DNA of 64,000 nucleotides from Acholeplasmataceae bacterium (GTDB lineage Bacteria; Bacillota_I; Bacilli_A; Acholeplasmatales; Acholeplasmataceae): NCBI GenBank assembly GCA_963667565.1, contig OY763415.1, positions 1,600,001 to 1,664,000 of the forward strand, read 5' to 3'. Shown piece by piece: positions 54,710 to 64,000 of this stretch (position 1 is its first letter; each line of letters starts with the position of its first letter). The notes under the pieces were generated by a model. It saw only the letters and a program-made list of their open reading frames with translations, ran no database searches and was not told where the DNA came from. The position numbers and the translations under genes were made by a program.

Positions 54710-54976
54710 TCTGATACTTTATCGTTGGATTTGACAGGCTTGATCGATATGATGTATCCATATAAAAAGAAGTATATCGATGAGTTTGAGCATATGATTT
54801 TTAAGTCGTCTAAACAACGATTGAAACGAGTCTTCATCTCTATTTTACATCAATAATCAAAAAAGTACCACATTGATTAATGTGATACTTTGACTATTTA
54901 GATAAAATCAGCAGCAGTTATCGATCTAGTTATTCGTTTTTTATTAGCATAACTTTAAAACCACTTCAAATACGGG

Positions 54977-56005
54977 TTAACCTAATTTGATTTTTTTGGT
55001 TAAATATAGATAACTTTTCGTCATAACAAATCCCTTTAATCTAAAAGGCAGAAATGAAACAATTGTATTATAGGATCGATATTTTAAGAAATAATACATG
55101 CTGCGGTCATATGCTTTAACATCTTTCCATAATGTTTTTAAATCTTCTTTTCGCTCTTTCGTATGCTCTCCAGTTGTAAACATCTGAGTGATAATCATCA
55201 TATCGGTTAATGCGTGGCGCATATAGCCTCTTAGCCCTTTGCCCATGTGGTTAATTTCATCAAGTGTATAAAAACTCATGATTTCTCTAAACACTCTGAT
55301 TTGTTGTTTATAGCGTTTAACGATGTTGTGCATTTGAATTGATTGATCTTCTCTACCAATAAAATAATGATATAAAACTTTATTCATATAATACACTGTT
55401 TTTATTTTAGGTAGAGGTTGATAAGCAATAATATTATCTACATAAAATGTATGATGTGGTAGTTTTAATCCACATGATCTAAGGACCTCTGTTTTGTGCA
55501 CTAAAGCATGCATTAATAATGTATTTGAGTATTTAAATTTATGTTTAATATGATCCCAATCAATGATTTTATTTTCTGGGAAGTTTTTGTGATAAGATCT
55601 AATAAAACTTGTGCCTTCTGATAACTTCTCATATTCAAAATTCATCACATATAGTTCAGGAGAATTCCCCTCATCCAAATGTTTTTTAATGGTATCTAAT
55701 AAAAGTTTTCCATTTTCTAAATCTAACCAGTCATCAGAATCGACAACTTTAAAATAAAGGCCAGTCGCAATTTCTAATCCAGCATTAATACCAGATCCAT
55801 GCCCTCCATTTTCTTTATCGACAACTTTTACAGTATGTGGATATTTTTCTTTATAATCGTTTGCAATATCAATAGTTTTATCTTTAGATCCGTCATTAAT
55901 GATAATGATTTCGATGTGCTCTAAATCAAATAATAATGTGTCAATACAACGATGCAAGTACCCTTCAGAATTATATGAGGGCACAATGAAACTAATTAAT
56001 TTCAT
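54977..56005 (-). CDS. Glycosyltransferase family 2
   Basis: SFIVPSYN, INDGSKD, ENGGHGSGIN, VDSDDW. Confidence 0.92.
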   Translation of the reverse strand: MKLISFIVPSYNSEGYLHRCIDTLLFDLEHIEIIIINDGSKDKTIDIANDYKEKYPHTVKVVDKENGGHGSGINAGLEIATGLYFKVVDSDDWLDLENGKLLLDTIKKHLDEGNSPELYVMNFEYEKLSEGTSFIRSYHKNFPENKIIDWDHIKHKFKYSNTLLMHALVHKTEVLRSCGLKLPHHTFYVDNIIAYQPLPKIKTVYYMNKVLYHYFIGREDQSIQMHNIVKRYKQQIRVFREIMSFYTLDEINHMGKGLRGYMRHALTDMMIITQMFTTGEHTKERKEDLKTLWKDVKAYDRSMYYFLKYRSYNTIVSFLPFRLKGFVMTKSYLYLTKKIKLG

Positions 56006-56720
56006 TTCTCAATACTTCCTTTTAATATGATATCCCCCCGATGTTCAATATCTAGAATAGCATAGTTTATTCTTTTTATACACAAAAAAATAAAAAGCAT
56101 TTTCGACAATTATTTCTAGAATCATTAAGCACATATGGGGTTTATAGATGATATTTTATGTGTAGTGATTAACCCATTTATGAGTACATAAATGGATATT
56201 AAATCAAAGGATTTTCATTCATAAGCTTAGGATATTTTTTACTCATGTTAAGTATCTAAATATTTAGTTATTTTGTCAATAAAAATTGCTTATGATAACG
56301 TAGTACTTATCAATAGAATTGATGTGTAATTTTTGATAATAAATAGTTGTTTTATACAGTTTAAATCTAGCCATAAAAAGTGGTTCAAATTAGTGTTTTA
56401 GTGTTTTTATACCAACACTATGTGTTGGAATTTGATTTATAGGCTTTTTTAAACACTTTTTAAAGTTTATCAAACGGGTTACTTTTGATATTTTTATGAT
56501 TTATAGATGTTTGAAAAAACAGGTATGATGAGAAATTCTATATTTCAAATTAAAACCGTATCATTTAAGTGTTTATCACGACAATCATCAACGCACTTTT
56601 TGCACTAATAAAATGTTATGAATAAAGGATTAATAAGCATAAAAAAATGTAGTCATTAAGCATCATTTAAGAGATACATATAATGATTACATCATGATGA
56701 TTTCATAGCCATTGGTTTAC

Positions 56721-56749
56721 TTGACATTATATTTGTTGTAAAATAGAAT
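56721..56749 (+). promoter_or_regulatory. Sigma70-type promoter
   Basis: TTGACA-17 bp-TAGAAT upstream of the lipoprotein gene. Confidence 0.65.
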
Positions 56750-56787
56750 TAAAATTTAATTAATCAAATACAAGGGGGAGAAAATAA

Positions 56788-58461
56788 ATGAAATATGTTA
56801 AATTAAGCGTTATGATTATGCTTTTGTTTATGCTTGCCAGCTGTAATCGTTGGAGTGCATATGAAAAAGAACTCGCTGCAGCAGATCAGGCACTACTTGA
56901 GGCAGATTTACTGGATGTAAATGTGATGACAGATATTAAGATTGATGAAAATGGTTCAATCAATAGTGTAAGTGAGGAAGTATCGTTTAATATGAGCATA
57001 GATCCTTATTTTATTTATATTGAAGATCCAGAACCATCGATCATTTATGAAAATGAAGGTAACTATTATCAAGCAGATCTAGGCTCACCATTAACGGATA
57101 CTGGATCTTATGTGATTGATCCTAATATTGTTAATATTGAAATGGCTGAAAGCTTTTCAAACATTAATGTTGAAGGTGAACTTTCCTATCAATTTATTGA
57201 TGGAAAGATTAAAGAAATAGAAGATCATATTTTTCAAATTACAACAACATTTGAAAATCTATTAGAAGATCCATCATTTACAGATCTTGCTTCTTTAGAA
57301 AGCCTTATGACTAGTGATCAATATCATGCGTTTTTAGCAAGTGAAGTCAAGGTTACTGTTGATTTTAATCAGGGGATTAAAATGATGTTAAATCTGTCGA
57401 TGGATATAGAAGATATCGAAATGACCATATCATTAACCATGGATATCAAAATTGCTGAAGGGGCGTCAGTTGATGTTTTAAATGATGATCGATTTTTAGT
57501 TCTTGAAACAAGTGATATCATGAATGCGACAGAAATATATGTGGATCACCCCTTTTCTTATCAAGAAAATTGGGATTTGTATACAAGTGCTTATTTCAAA
57601 ATTTATTTAGAAGAAGGGCATTACTACATTAACGCATCCTCACCACAAATGTATCCGACATTTATGGATTTGAATTATCAAAACTATAATTTAATAGACA
57701 TGATTGAACCCCATTTAATTCTTGAAAATTACCCTTATCGTGCCATTAAAATAGATCAAGCCGGGTACTATTATTTTTCTTTATTTATTAATGGATATGA
57801 AGCATCATCATTTTCTATTGATCATCTAGATTATGATTCTTATCGTGCTGATTCAACGATGGATATCACAAATGGTGGTACTTACACTTTTGAAATAGAA
57901 GGATTACATGATGCAGTTGCTTTTGAATACACAGGTAGTAGTAATGCTATCATTGGTATTGATGGTCTTGAAGATCAATTGAGTTTTCTTACTGAACAAA
58001 ATATCAGTATTTCCTCTTTCTATAATCAAGATAAAAATGCTATTAGTGTGACTGGACCAACAACTGTTTACCTAATTCCTTTTGATGAATATGGTATTAA
58101 AACATATACAGTCACTTTTCAAGTCTTTTATCAAAGCAATAATTTTACCAGTTTAGATCAAATGTATACATTAACATCAACCTTTGACCATATATTTGTT
58201 ACATCTGATGATTTAGCACCTCAATATGTTAAGTTAGAGATCACAGAAGAAGGCGATTACGCATTTTATAAGAATCATATATATAATGACATTGGTAATA
58301 TTGGCACAATTTATGATGAATCAAATCAAATGATTAAAACCGTCAATATTTATACAGGGTCATCTTATCAACTTGCACATTTAGTACCAGGTACTTATTA
58401 TATAGCACTTGTTGCGTTTAACCCTTCAGTCTTTCAATTAAGATATGAAAAGATTTCGTAA
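56788..58461 (+). CDS. Hypothetical acidic surface lipoprotein
   Basis: Lipobox LASC; C-terminal half has repeated GxYY beta-strand blocks. Confidence 0.75.
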   Translation: MKYVKLSVMIMLLFMLASCNRWSAYEKELAAADQALLEADLLDVNVMTDIKIDENGSINSVSEEVSFNMSIDPYFIYIEDPEPSIIYENEGNYYQADLGSPLTDTGSYVIDPNIVNIEMAESFSNINVEGELSYQFIDGKIKEIEDHIFQITTTFENLLEDPSFTDLASLESLMTSDQYHAFLASEVKVTVDFNQGIKMMLNLSMDIEDIEMTISLTMDIKIAEGASVDVLNDDRFLVLETSDIMNATEIYVDHPFSYQENWDLYTSAYFKIYLEEGHYYINASSPQMYPTFMDLNYQNYNLIDMIEPHLILENYPYRAIKIDQAGYYYFSLFINGYEASSFSIDHLDYDSYRADSTMDITNGGTYTFEIEGLHDAVAFEYTGSSNAIIGIDGLEDQLSFLTEQNISISSFYNQDKNAISVTGPTTVYLIPFDEYGIKTYTVTFQVFYQSNNFTSLDQMYTLTSTFDHIFVTSDDLAPQYVKLEITEEGDYAFYKNHIYNDIGNIGTIYDESNQMIKTVNIYTGSSYQLAHLVPGTYYIALVAFNPSVFQLRYEKIS

Positions 58462-58491
58462 GCAAAAGATATTTTGAATGGATGGTATAAA

Positions 58492-58713
58492 ATGAAATCC
58501 AAATCAAAAAAAGGCTCCAAATACGTAGCAATATTTGGAGGTATCACGGGATTTATTATCGGTATATTAATGTTCGTAGATGAGCAATTTAAGACATATA
58601 TACTCAATCATATTATAATTATTTTATTAATCATAGGATTCATTGGTGGTTATATAGGCGTTATTTATTGGTATGTTATGAATAAAGATTATATAGTTAA
58701 AAAAAGAGGTTAA
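58492..58713 (+). CDS. Small two-TM membrane protein
   Basis: Two hydrophobic helices with basic ends; start uncertain (58474 or 58492). Confidence 0.55.
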   Translation: MKSKSKKGSKYVAIFGGITGFIIGILMFVDEQFKTYILNHIIIILLIIGFIGGYIGVIYWYVMNKDYIVKKRG

Positions 58714-58717
58714 ATAT

Positions 58718-59221
58718 ATGAATAAAGAAGTGAATCTTAATGAGATTAGAATAATAATTGAACCTAATATTGAACCATATATAAAATTTAACTTATTTGC
58801 TATATATAAATATACGTCAATAAAATTATTATATATTATAGCAACTATCATTGGTGTCATTGTGCTTATTTTTGGAATATTTTTGGAGAACTATGTAATT
58901 TCAGTGTTATCTATAGTTTTAATCACATTTAGATATTCATATAATGCACTAATCAAAAAAGTAATCAAGAAAAATGTTAAAAAATCGCCATCAATACTCA
59001 CCCAAACAGAATTAATCATAAACCAAAATGGAATGACTGCAATCACTGACAAATCAGCAACGACACTCACGTGGGAAGATTTTGATTCAATTATTGAAAC
59101 TAAAGATATGATCTATTTATTTTATAATAGAGCACAAGGATTTTACATTGAAAAGCAATTATTAAATAGTCAGCAAATTATTTCATTAAGGGCTTGGAGA
59201 TATAAAGTAAGAGCAAATTAA
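58718..59221 (+). CDS. YcxB-like membrane protein
   Basis: Two TM helices followed by TLTWEDFDSIIETKDMIYLF...YIEK. Confidence 0.7.
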   Translation: MNKEVNLNEIRIIIEPNIEPYIKFNLFAIYKYTSIKLLYIIATIIGVIVLIFGIFLENYVISVLSIVLITFRYSYNALIKKVIKKNVKKSPSILTQTELIINQNGMTAITDKSATTLTWEDFDSIIETKDMIYLFYNRAQGFYIEKQLLNSQQIISLRAWRYKVRAN

Positions 59222-59239
59222 ATCATTTATATAATGAAC

Positions 59240-59266
59240 AAAAAAGGGAGAATTCTCCCTTTTTTT
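59240..59266. terminator. Bidirectional intrinsic terminator
   Basis: AAAAAAGGGAG-AATT-CTCCCTTTTTTT. Confidence 0.8.
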
Positions 59267-59474
59267 ATCCAAATATGAGTGTAAATAAGATGAATAAGTA
59301 GTTTGCTACAACACCACTGACTAATCCAACAATCGTATGTGACAAAATGGCTTTTCCTGTGAGTTCTCTAGCGCCTACACTATCCATCATCGATCCATAT
59401 GTTGATAGATAACCACTCCAGGTTGTACCTATGGCTGTAAAGACTGCGATATCTTTAATGGTTATGTCACCAAT
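59265..59474 (-). pseudogene. 3' remnant of a membrane transporter gene (gate-domain, CD0519/CD1768-like)
   Basis: Reads IGDITIKDIAVFTAIGTTWSGYLSTYGSMMDSVGARELTGKAILSHTIVGLVSGVVANYLFILFTLIFG-stop; no ATG/GTG/TTG start before an in-frame upstream TAA. Confidence 0.6.
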
Positions 59475-59726
59475 AAAGATAAAATTAACTCCCCGTTACC
59501 ACATTATGTTATTGCCGCCAAACTAATCTTCAAAGTAGTAATCTATTATAATACATATTCACATATTAATTAAATTTGTAGTAATTAAAAATTTACATAA
59601 AGAAATAAACATGCTTAGAAAAGCACCTCAACAAAAAAATAAATATGGTCATAATAATTTATTAATCAATCTATAATTTAAAGTATAATAGATACAACGG
59701 GTTGTAAATCGAGAAGGGGTGGAATT

Positions 59727-60542
59727 ATGAAAAAAATATTGACGACATTTTTATTTAATTTTTTGGTTTTATTTGTTTTATTATTAGATATAACATTGCC
59801 TATCAATGCAAGTATGGAAGGATGGACATACCCATCAGATTGGAGTAATGCATTTTATATGTCAAATCCGGAGACTGTTAATATTGATGATGCTTCTAAA
59901 AATTGGACAGCGATACAAACGTGTTGTTTACCAAACTTTGAGTACCAAATTAAAGTGATTAGAGCATATGATTATGAATATGAACAGTGGTATATGGGTT
60001 TAATAATTAATTTTTGGTTGAATCCTAATAATTTTAGATATGAACGATGTAGATCAGATTTAGTTACTATTACCACTTCGGTATTAAATGGTAAAGTGAT
60101 TGATGGCGGGCCAACTAACCAAAATTCATCAACTATAATCAATACTGCAGTTGGTAGTAATTTAGCTATAGGTTTTCAAGGTACTTTAGTGACAACGCCA
60201 GTTTCAGGAAGTTTTACAACCAGTAAAACAGGAACGGTGTATGATTTGTCAGTTTTATCAGAACGCCAAAAAGTAAATACTTCAGATAATTACTATAGAC
60301 AGTTTAAATCTAGTTATGATTATTATAAACCGTATAGAAATAATATAGATTACCTAGAAACAACAAGTAAATTGCAATATGCTGCTATATATAAAGTCAA
60401 TAATCCCTATTCTATGAGTGTGGATATTTCATTTTTTGCAGGAACGGTATTTGATTATTGGTTATGGAATGCGACAGTTACAAAAACTTTAAAACTTGAG
60501 CTTTCAGGTAATTTATTATCAGGTAGCATTTATATTGATTAA
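59727..60542 (+). CDS. Secreted beta-rich protein, putative leukocidin/hemolysin-like pore former (paralog A)
   Basis: Sec signal peptide (..INA-S); IDGGPTNQNSS followed by an amphipathic S/T/G-rich hairpin ending SGSFTTSKT. Confidence 0.55.
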   Translation: MKKILTTFLFNFLVLFVLLLDITLPINASMEGWTYPSDWSNAFYMSNPETVNIDDASKNWTAIQTCCLPNFEYQIKVIRAYDYEYEQWYMGLIINFWLNPNNFRYERCRSDLVTITTSVLNGKVIDGGPTNQNSSTIINTAVGSNLAIGFQGTLVTTPVSGSFTTSKTGTVYDLSVLSERQKVNTSDNYYRQFKSSYDYYKPYRNNIDYLETTSKLQYAAIYKVNNPYSMSVDISFFAGTVFDYWLWNATVTKTLKLELSGNLLSGSIYID

Positions 60543-60617
60543 TACAATCCGTTACATTTTATAAATATTCAAAACTTATGATATTGCTTTAAATTACATT
60601 ATTGATATATAATCAAA

Positions 60618-61499
60618 TTGATGGATTATAGTCAATAAAGGGGCGGAATTATGAAAAAAATATTGAGTTCAATTATTATTACTTTCTTAGTAAGTGTATT
60701 TTTTTGCTTGAATTTTGGAATAGATGTTAATGCAAATCTAGAGGGATGGTCTTATCCATCAGAGTGGGAAATGGTATACTATCAATCAAATCCAGTGCTT
60801 GTTGATATGGAGACAGTAACAGATAGTAAACATACAAGTAAGGTTTTTTCTACATGTGAACCATTTTTTGAATATCAAATTACAGTGTTAAAAGCATATG
60901 ATTACAGCTATTCTAAATGGTACATGGGGTTAGTGGTTAATTTTTGGTTAAGTCCAAATAACATAAGTAACGACAACTCTCGTTCAGATTTAGTAAAGAT
61001 TACTACTGCAGTTCCTAATGGTAGTTTAATAGATGGGGGACCATATAGCCAATCTTCATCAACTACAATTACGACATCAATTGGAGGAAATCTGTCAATT
61101 GGATTTCAAGGGAACATGCCAACTGGTTCAATATCTGGTAGTTTTACATCAAGTAAAACTAAAACCATATATGATTTAACGGTTTCAGCATACAGAGAAA
61201 AAATCAATTCTTCTGATAGTTATGCTCGACAATTTAGAGTTAACTATGATTATTATGATCCATATAGAAATAACGTTGCTTATTTGGAATCAACTAGTAA
61301 ACTTCAATATGCAGTTATTTATATTGTTAATAATCCAACTGCAGTGAGTATGGATTTAGTTTTTAATGCAAGAACAGTTTATGATTACTGGTTATGGAAT
61401 GCTACAGTTTCTCAAAAGGAGACTTTGGAAATTAGTGGCAATTTACTAACAGGTAATATTGTTTTAGCATAAAATTTAAAGCTGACTATAATCCATCAA
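60618..61499. repeat. Perfect 17-bp inverted repeat enclosing the paralog B ORF
   Basis: TTGATGGATTATAGTCA (60618-60634) and TGACTATAATCCATCAA (61483-61499). Confidence 0.9.
60651..61472 (+). CDS. Secreted beta-rich protein, putative leukocidin/hemolysin-like pore former (paralog B)
   Basis: Signal peptide (..VNA-N); LIDGGP...TITTSIGGNLSIGFQGNMPTGSISGSFTSSKTKTIYD. Confidence 0.55.
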   Translation: MKKILSSIIITFLVSVFFCLNFGIDVNANLEGWSYPSEWEMVYYQSNPVLVDMETVTDSKHTSKVFSTCEPFFEYQITVLKAYDYSYSKWYMGLVVNFWLSPNNISNDNSRSDLVKITTAVPNGSLIDGGPYSQSSSTTITTSIGGNLSIGFQGNMPTGSISGSFTSSKTKTIYDLTVSAYREKINSSDSYARQFRVNYDYYDPYRNNVAYLESTSKLQYAVIYIVNNPTAVSMDLVFNARTVYDYWLWNATVSQKETLEISGNLLTGNIVLA

Positions 61500-61519
61500 A
61501 ATACAATAGAGGTGAAGAC

Positions 61520-63667
61520 ATGCTAAAAATAAAAGACCTAAGTAAAAAATACGATCAACAAATAATATTAGACAACATCAATATAGAGTTTAAAGAAAAG
61601 GGATTCTATGTATTATTGGGAGAAAGTGGTGCAGGGAAATCTACATTATTAAAAATGATTTCGCTTTTTGAAGAACCAACCCATGGCGAAATCATCTATC
61701 AAGGGAAAAATATCTTAGAAAACAAATCAAATGTCATAGGTGAGAAAAGAAACACGATGTTCAGTTATATTTTTCAAGAGTTTAATCTTATTGAATATTT
61801 AACAGTCAAAGAAAATTTGATGTTGGTAGAACACCGAGATGTTAATCAAATTAAGGAAGTACTTGAAACATTTGGACTAGGCGAATATTTAGAACAAGAA
61901 GTATCAAAACTATCGGGTGGAGAGAGACAAAGAGTCACAATAGCCAGAGCGATATTAAGAGATACACCGATATTAATCGCAGATGAACCAACAGGTAATC
62001 TCGATCAAAAAAACAGTGAAGAGGTTATTAAAATACTTGAAGAAGTATCAAAGACAAAGCTAGTTATTATGGTGACGCATAATGAATCTTTACTAGATCA
62101 ACATGTAGATTATATATATCGAATCGACAATCACAAACTCATCTTAGAACAAGATCAACATAAGATCTATGAACAAGAAGTAGACGTTAAGCAACATAGC
62201 GATAGAAAAGATAAATTAGGAAAAAACGTTACATACGCATTAATAAAGAAACAGTTTAATAAAAATCGAAAATACTACATTAAATCTTTGATATTAACAA
62301 CATTAATTTCTTGTTTTGCATTTGTATTTTTCTTATTATATACAAATAATGTCGCACAAGCATATAAGGAGAGTCTTGAAACGTTTGATTTTCAATATGT
62401 CAAAAGTTACGAACAAGATATATCATCCGATTTAACGACTGATGCATATGAAATTAACGTTGATATTACTAATGACAATAATGATTTTTATCAAACAAAA
62501 TATTCATATATAGTTTTTTCTGAAGATACTAGTCAGTATGATATACTTTATGGGAATTCAATTATTGATGAGTTTGATATCATGATCTCAGATTACTTAG
62601 CATCAGCAATATTATTATCAAACGGTAAAGAACTCACGCAAGAAAATTACGAATCACTCATTAATCTTCCGCTTCCTGTTTATATTTATAATCTCGTTGA
62701 TTATAAAATAAGTGGTATATATAACACAAACTATGAATGTTACATGGATAGTACTACTTTATTTTTAAGTGATATGTTTCAGAGTGTAAAAGATAATTAT
62801 TCTCAGATTGTTGCTTCAACAACGAGTGAAGAGATTATTAAAGCTCATAGTGGAAATGTTGAATTAGAGTTACAAATTAATGATACATATTTCTATGGAA
62901 TGATTATTGAATCTAATGATCAATTACCTATTTTATACCAAACTGATTCAAATGAAATCAACTATATATCATTGAGTTTTTATGCACGACTTATGAATCA
63001 AAGTGTTGATGTCATCAATCAGCAAATATCAAATCATGTATTCATCTTTAAGGATAATCTTAAGTTATATATAGGTGATAAAAAGATTGATTTACTATTT
63101 AATGGTATCTTTGATGATAGTTCATTACAAAATGGTTATACAACGTACTTTTTTATGACTGATAATAGTTATAGATATGATACGAAATGGATTAAATTAT
63201 TAAATATTGAAAAGACTAATACTATTGATATGACGACGTATCAAAACATTGCTATTGATCAAAGTCGATTGAATAGTTATTTTAGTTTTTTAGAACACGC
63301 AAAAGTAGTGTTTATAATTGCATATGCAATACTTATCTTTATATATATGATTTTTATATCTAATCTAAGAAATAACTTTATGACACATATTCATCGTGAG
63401 ATTGATATTTTACGGACAATTGGATACCACAAATTCAAGATTTATAAGTGGATTATAGTTCATGATTTTATGCGTTATGTTTTTGTATTGATATTTACAT
63501 CGATAACGATTATATTGTTAAGTCAATTTGACCATGTCAATATAGAAAATGGATTTAAGATAGTTTTTTTAAATTTTAAAGATTCAATATTAATTTACAA
63601 TTTGATCATCATTTTTATTATTGAGATACTTACAAGTATTAAGGGATACAGAAATCTTTTAAATTGA
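61520..63667 (+). CDS. ABC ATPase fused to an FtsX/MacB-type permease
   Basis: GESGAGKST, FQEFNL, LSGGERQR, ADEPTGNLD, VTH; TM1, large external loop, three C-terminal TMs with REIDILRTIG. Confidence 0.88.
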   Translation: MLKIKDLSKKYDQQIILDNINIEFKEKGFYVLLGESGAGKSTLLKMISLFEEPTHGEIIYQGKNILENKSNVIGEKRNTMFSYIFQEFNLIEYLTVKENLMLVEHRDVNQIKEVLETFGLGEYLEQEVSKLSGGERQRVTIARAILRDTPILIADEPTGNLDQKNSEEVIKILEEVSKTKLVIMVTHNESLLDQHVDYIYRIDNHKLILEQDQHKIYEQEVDVKQHSDRKDKLGKNVTYALIKKQFNKNRKYYIKSLILTTLISCFAFVFFLLYTNNVAQAYKESLETFDFQYVKSYEQDISSDLTTDAYEINVDITNDNNDFYQTKYSYIVFSEDTSQYDILYGNSIIDEFDIMISDYLASAILLSNGKELTQENYESLINLPLPVYIYNLVDYKISGIYNTNYECYMDSTTLFLSDMFQSVKDNYSQIVASTTSEEIIKAHSGNVELELQINDTYFYGMIIESNDQLPILYQTDSNEINYISLSFYARLMNQSVDVINQQISNHVFIFKDNLKLYIGDKKIDLLFNGIFDDSSLQNGYTTYFFMTDNSYRYDTKWIKLLNIEKTNTIDMTTYQNIAIDQSRLNSYFSFLEHAKVVFIIAYAILIFIYMIFISNLRNNFMTHIHREIDILRTIGYHKFKIYKWIIVHDFMRYVFVLIFTSITIILLSQFDHVNIENGFKIVFLNFKDSILIYNLIIIFIIEILTSIKGYRNLLN

Positions 63668-63699
63668 TCTAGCGATTAGTAAATAAAAGAGGTGAAGAC

Positions 63700-64000
63700 A
63701 TGCTAAAAATAAAAGACCTAAGTAAAAAATACGATCAACAAATAATATTAGACAACATCAATATAGAGTTTAAAGAAAAGGGATTCTATGTATTATTGGG
63801 AGAAAGTGGTGCTGGGAAATCTACATTATTAAAAATGATTTCGCTTTTTGAAGAACCAACCCATGGCGAAATCATCTATCAAGGGAAAAATATCTTAGAA
63901 AACAAATCAAATGTCATAGGTGAGAAAAGAAACACGATGTTCAGTTATATTTTTCAAGAGTTTAATCTTATTGAATATTTAACAGTTAAAGAAAATTTAA
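63700..64000 (+). CDS. Second copy of the ABC ATPase-permease gene (partial, runs off the window)
   Basis: 63688-64000 repeats 61508-61820 with 3 substitutions; same RBS and ATG. Confidence 0.9.
   Translation, partial: MLKIKDLSKKYDQQIILDNINIEFKEKGFYVLLGESGAGKSTLLKMISLFEEPTHGEIIYQGKNILENKSNVIGEKRNTMFSYIFQEFNLIEYLTVKENL

Noticed and set aside
56006..56720. ~700-bp AT-rich intergenic region as an ncRNA or origin
   Set aside because: No DnaA-box cluster, iterons or recognisable RNA structure found by eye

Overview
Low-GC chromosomal window using the standard genetic code (TGA = stop, Trp = TGG). The gene set (glnS, pcrA, ligA, uvrA, hprK-lgt-ppaX-trxB-whiA-acpS, tex) and the many lipoproteins suggest an Acholeplasmatales-type mollicute; this is an inference. 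Layout: (1) 1-19.4 kb housekeeping genes, including a second UvrD-type helicase that lacks its 2B subdomain. (2) tRNA-Ser(GCT) and tRNA-Glu(TTC), then a ~4 kb integrase-less islet bounded by a duplicated tRNA-Glu 3' end and carrying a two-domain adenine methyltransferase plus a divergent PD-(D/E)xK nuclease. (3) A ~31 kb glycoside-utilisation locus: GH2 beta-glucuronidase, glucuronate catabolism genes, four lipoprotein esterases, two circularly permuted family-3 solute-binding proteins, two GH3 enzymes, a CUT2 ABC transporter and a LytTR two-component system. Three promoters in this locus share one architecture (21-bp-spaced direct repeat, extended -10, cre-like site). (4) An accessory end region with two paralogous secreted proteins resembling leukocidin/alpha-hemolysin beta-pore-forming toxins, each ORF enclosed by complementary 5'/3' flanks, followed by a tandemly duplicated ABC ATPase-permease gene. 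All family calls are by-eye motif recognition; no database searches were run.
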